This document shows, piece by piece, positions 61,253 through 64,000 of a stretch of 64,000 nt of DNA. The stretch is from Leucoraja erinacea. Taxonomy: Eukaryota. The notes beneath the pieces are model-generated. The model searched no databases, was not told the DNA's origin, and saw nothing but the letters and a program-made list of their open reading frames with translations. The position numbers were made by a program, and so were the translations under genes. The stretch covers positions 58,962,001-59,026,000 of the forward strand of contig NC_073379.1 of NCBI RefSeq assembly GCF_028641065.1, written 5' to 3'. How positions within the stretch are numbered: position 1 is the first letter of the stretch; the number at the start of each line of letters is the position of its first letter.

Positions 61253-61616
61253 CATAGAAACATAGAAAATAGGTGCAGGTGGAGGCCATTCAGCCTTTCG
61301 AGCCAGCACCGCCATTCATTGTGATCATGGCTGATCAACTCCTATCAATAAACCGTGCCTGCCTTCTCCCCAGATCCCTTGACTCCACTAGCCCCTAGAG
61401 CTCTATCTAACTCTCTCTTAAATCCATCCAATGACTTGGCCTCCACTGCCCTCTGTGGCAGGGAATTCCATAAATTCACAACTCTCTGGGTGAAAAAGTT
61501 TTTTCTCACCTCAGTCTTAAATAACCTCCCCTTTATTCTAAGACTGTGGCCCCTGGTTCTGGACTCGCCCAACATTGGGAACATTCTTCCTGCATCTAGC
61601 TTGTCCAGTCCTTTTA
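61253..61616 (-). mobile_element. Young CR1 3' end
   Basis: ORF 61345-61584 is close to 46218-46463. (catagaaa)n tail. Confidence 0.9.
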
Positions 61617-62235
61617 TCTATATTACTAAAAGTAAGATCGTGACCGCTTTTGACTCACTGCGGTGTGATTTCCGAGAGAACGCCTCCACTTACGGTCGCC
61701 ATTTTTGGCCACCTCGTTCATAGCCCCCCTCCGCCAGACTGGACTGGAGGATTTTTCCCATCAATGAAAAATCAGAGAGATATTAATGTTTTTTTTTTAA
61801 ATCACCATTCTCTCTGCTGCTGCTGGTGGGAGGGGGGAGGGACTATAAAACCCAGAAGTGGTGTGCCTCACTCAGTCTCTCCAAGATGGAGGAAGCGAGA
61901 GGGTCACATCTCTCTGAGCTCTGAATAACACTGAACACATGTCTACTCAACTGTGAGTGCCTTTAATGTGGTTTCAAAATGAAAATATGGTTGCTTTAAA
62001 ATGCTGCACTGCAAAAAAATGGCTGTTGTTGGCGGTGATAACTGCTTTGAAAGGCTGCACTGCAAAAACAAAATGGCTGTTGTTGGTGATGGTAACTGCT
62101 TTGAAAGGCTGCACTACAAAAAAAATGGCTGTTGGTGGTGGTGGTAACTGCTTTGAAAGACTGCACGGCAAAACAAATGGTTGTTGTTGGTGGTGGTAAC
62201 TGCTTTTAAAAGGCTGCACTGCAAAAAAAAATGGC
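61617..62235 (+). mobile_element. Helitron 5' portion with about 48-bp tandem repeats
   Basis: Begins TCTATATTACTAAAAGT directly after host A, at an A|T site of the CR1 with no TSD. About five aaatggctgttgttggtggtggtaactgctttgaaaggctgcactgc units at 61985-62235. Confidence 0.7.
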
Positions 62236-63390
62236 TGTAGTATACCTGGACCTTCAGAAAGAATTTGATAAGGACACACATAGGAGATTAGTGGGAAACA
62301 TTAGGGCACGTGGTGTTGGGGTGCTGACCTGGATAGAAAATTGGTTGGCTGACAGGAAACAAAGAGTAGGGATTATTGGGTCCCTTTCAGAATGGCAGGC
62401 TGTGACTAGAGTGGTACCGCAAGGCTCGGTGCTGGGACCACAGCTATTTACAATATACATCAATGATTTAGATGAAGGGATTCAAAGTAACATTAACACA
62501 TTTAAAGATGACACAAAGCTGGGTGAGTGTGAACTGTGAGGAGGATGCTATGAGAATTCAGGGTGACTTGGACAGATTGGGTGAGTTGGCAGACGCATGG
62601 CAGATGCAGTTTAATGAAGATAAATGTGAGGTTTTCCACTTTGGTAGCAAAAACAGGATGGCAGATTATTACATAAATGGTGTCAAGTTGGGAAAAGAGG
62701 AATTTGTCAATGAAGGTAAGCATGCAGGTACAGCAGGCAGTGAAGAAAGCGAATGGCATGTTGGCCTTCATAACAAGAGGAGTTGAGTAAAGGAGCAAAG
62801 AGGTCCTTCTGCAGGTGTATAGGGCCCTAGTGAGACCACACCTGGTGTATTGTGTGCAGTTTTGGTCCCCTAATTTGAGGAAGGATATTCTTGCTATTGA
62901 GGGAGTGCAGCATAGGTTTACAAGGTTAATTCCCGGGATGGCGGGATTGTCATATGCTGAGAGAATGGAGTGGCTGGGTTTGTATACTCTGGAGTTTAGA
63001 AGGATGAGAGTGGATCATATTGAAACATATAAGATTATTAAAAGTTTGGACAAGCTAGAGCAGTGGTTGTTAACCTTTTTTGGCACCAGTGCGCGCATAC
63101 ACGAACAAATACTGTATGTGGTATGCACTTTTGTTAGGTTCCTAAACATGGCCTCAACAAATTGATATGTTATTTGTATCCCCTTCATGACCCCCAGCAA
63201 ATTGATATGATATATGTACTTTCAAGAGAGAGCTAGCTAGGGCTCTGAAAGATAGCGGAGTCAGTGGATATGGGGAGTAGGCAGGAATGGGATACTGATG
63301 GGGGATGATCAGCCATGATCACATTGAATGGCTCGAAGGGCCGAATGGCCTACTCCTGCACCTATTGTCTATTGTCTATTGTCTATTGTG
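62232..63390 (+). mobile_element. 5'-truncated CR1 with frameshifts, interrupted at 63061
   Basis: [37 protein letters not shown]. (tattgtc)n tail. Confidence 0.9.
63061..63219 (+). mobile_element. hAT/Charlie-like MITE left end
   Basis: CAGTGGTTGTTAACCTTTTT terminus following AGCTAGAG, a CTAG-centred target. Confidence 0.55.
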
Positions 63391-63399
63391 GCCTGTTCA

Positions 63400-63545
63400 A
63401 TGCCCATTTCATTCATCATTCATCAGTCTGAAGGACGGTCCCGAACCAAAACCTTGTCTGTCGATTTCTTCCACGGATGCTGCCTGACCCATTGACTTCC
63501 TCCAGCTCTTTGGTTTTTCTTGCTTTGGATTCTGCAATCTCTCGA
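63400..63545 (+). mobile_element. Penelope-like pLTR remnant
   Basis: tcagtctgaaggacggtcccgaacc...ggatgctgcctgaccc. Confidence 0.55.
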
Positions 63546-64000
63546 ATCTTTCCTCTCATTCTCTGTTCTTCAGGTCGGGCGCAAAATGAAAATGTATTAC
63601 CTCAAAGTTATCCACATTAAGTTTTGTCTGCTGCCTTTACTTTCCATTTCACTGCTCTCATGCCTTAACCTAGTGTGGCAGTCTTTCATGTAGCAATGTG
63701 GTAAAAGGGGTCTGAAGACATGAGTCAGAGCTGCATTACGCATCACCTGCCAGTCAATGACAAATAAATGAAGGAGTGGGGACACGTGGGAAAATGTTGC
63801 AAATTAACAGTCGTAGCAGGCATGAACAGCGACCTAAATATACCTGAACCAATGCGTGAAGGAAAAGCTTCACGCTGGATTCCATTCTGGAAGGCCACGC
63901 AATTTTCCCAGTCAGCTGTCTCCCAGACAAGTATAGATTGTGCACAGATAAGTTGGAGACAAATGAAAGTCCTTTGATTTGTGTAAAATGTGGTTCACTT

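Noticed and set aside
61985-62235. About 48-bp repeat array as a possible CRISPR or coding repeat
   Set aside because: A simple tandem array inside a Helitron-like element, with no spacers.

Overview
Eukaryotic, repeat-dominated DNA. The repeat repertoire points to a cartilaginous fish, probably a skate or ray (inference): CR1 LINEs, Rex1/Babar LINEs, tRNA-headed HE1/V-SINE-like SINEs, Penelope-like elements, Harbinger-type MITEs and Helitron ends. I recognise no host protein-coding exon, so the window is probably intergenic or deep intronic. Main items: (1) a full-length Rex1/Babar LINE with an intact APE+RT ORF, a 9-bp TSD and a YY1-like motif at its 5' end (37133-40341); (2) a young 5'-truncated CR1 with an intact RT ORF (about 16240-18168); (3) five non-autonomous retroposons with unrelated GC-rich bodies that share a Rex1-like tail and a covarying hairpin; (4) a head-to-tail pair of Helitron-like elements, one carrying a decayed high-GC3 coding-like fragment (4547-7090); (5) a foldback-like element with arms of about 750-870 bp (28242-30468); (6) Penelope-like GIY-YIG remnants and palindromic termini with hammerhead-like cores; (7) several nested insertions, deletions and templated-insertion scars. 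Most short ORFs in the track are spurious or antisense to TEs. All family assignments come from motif recognition by eye, not database searches.
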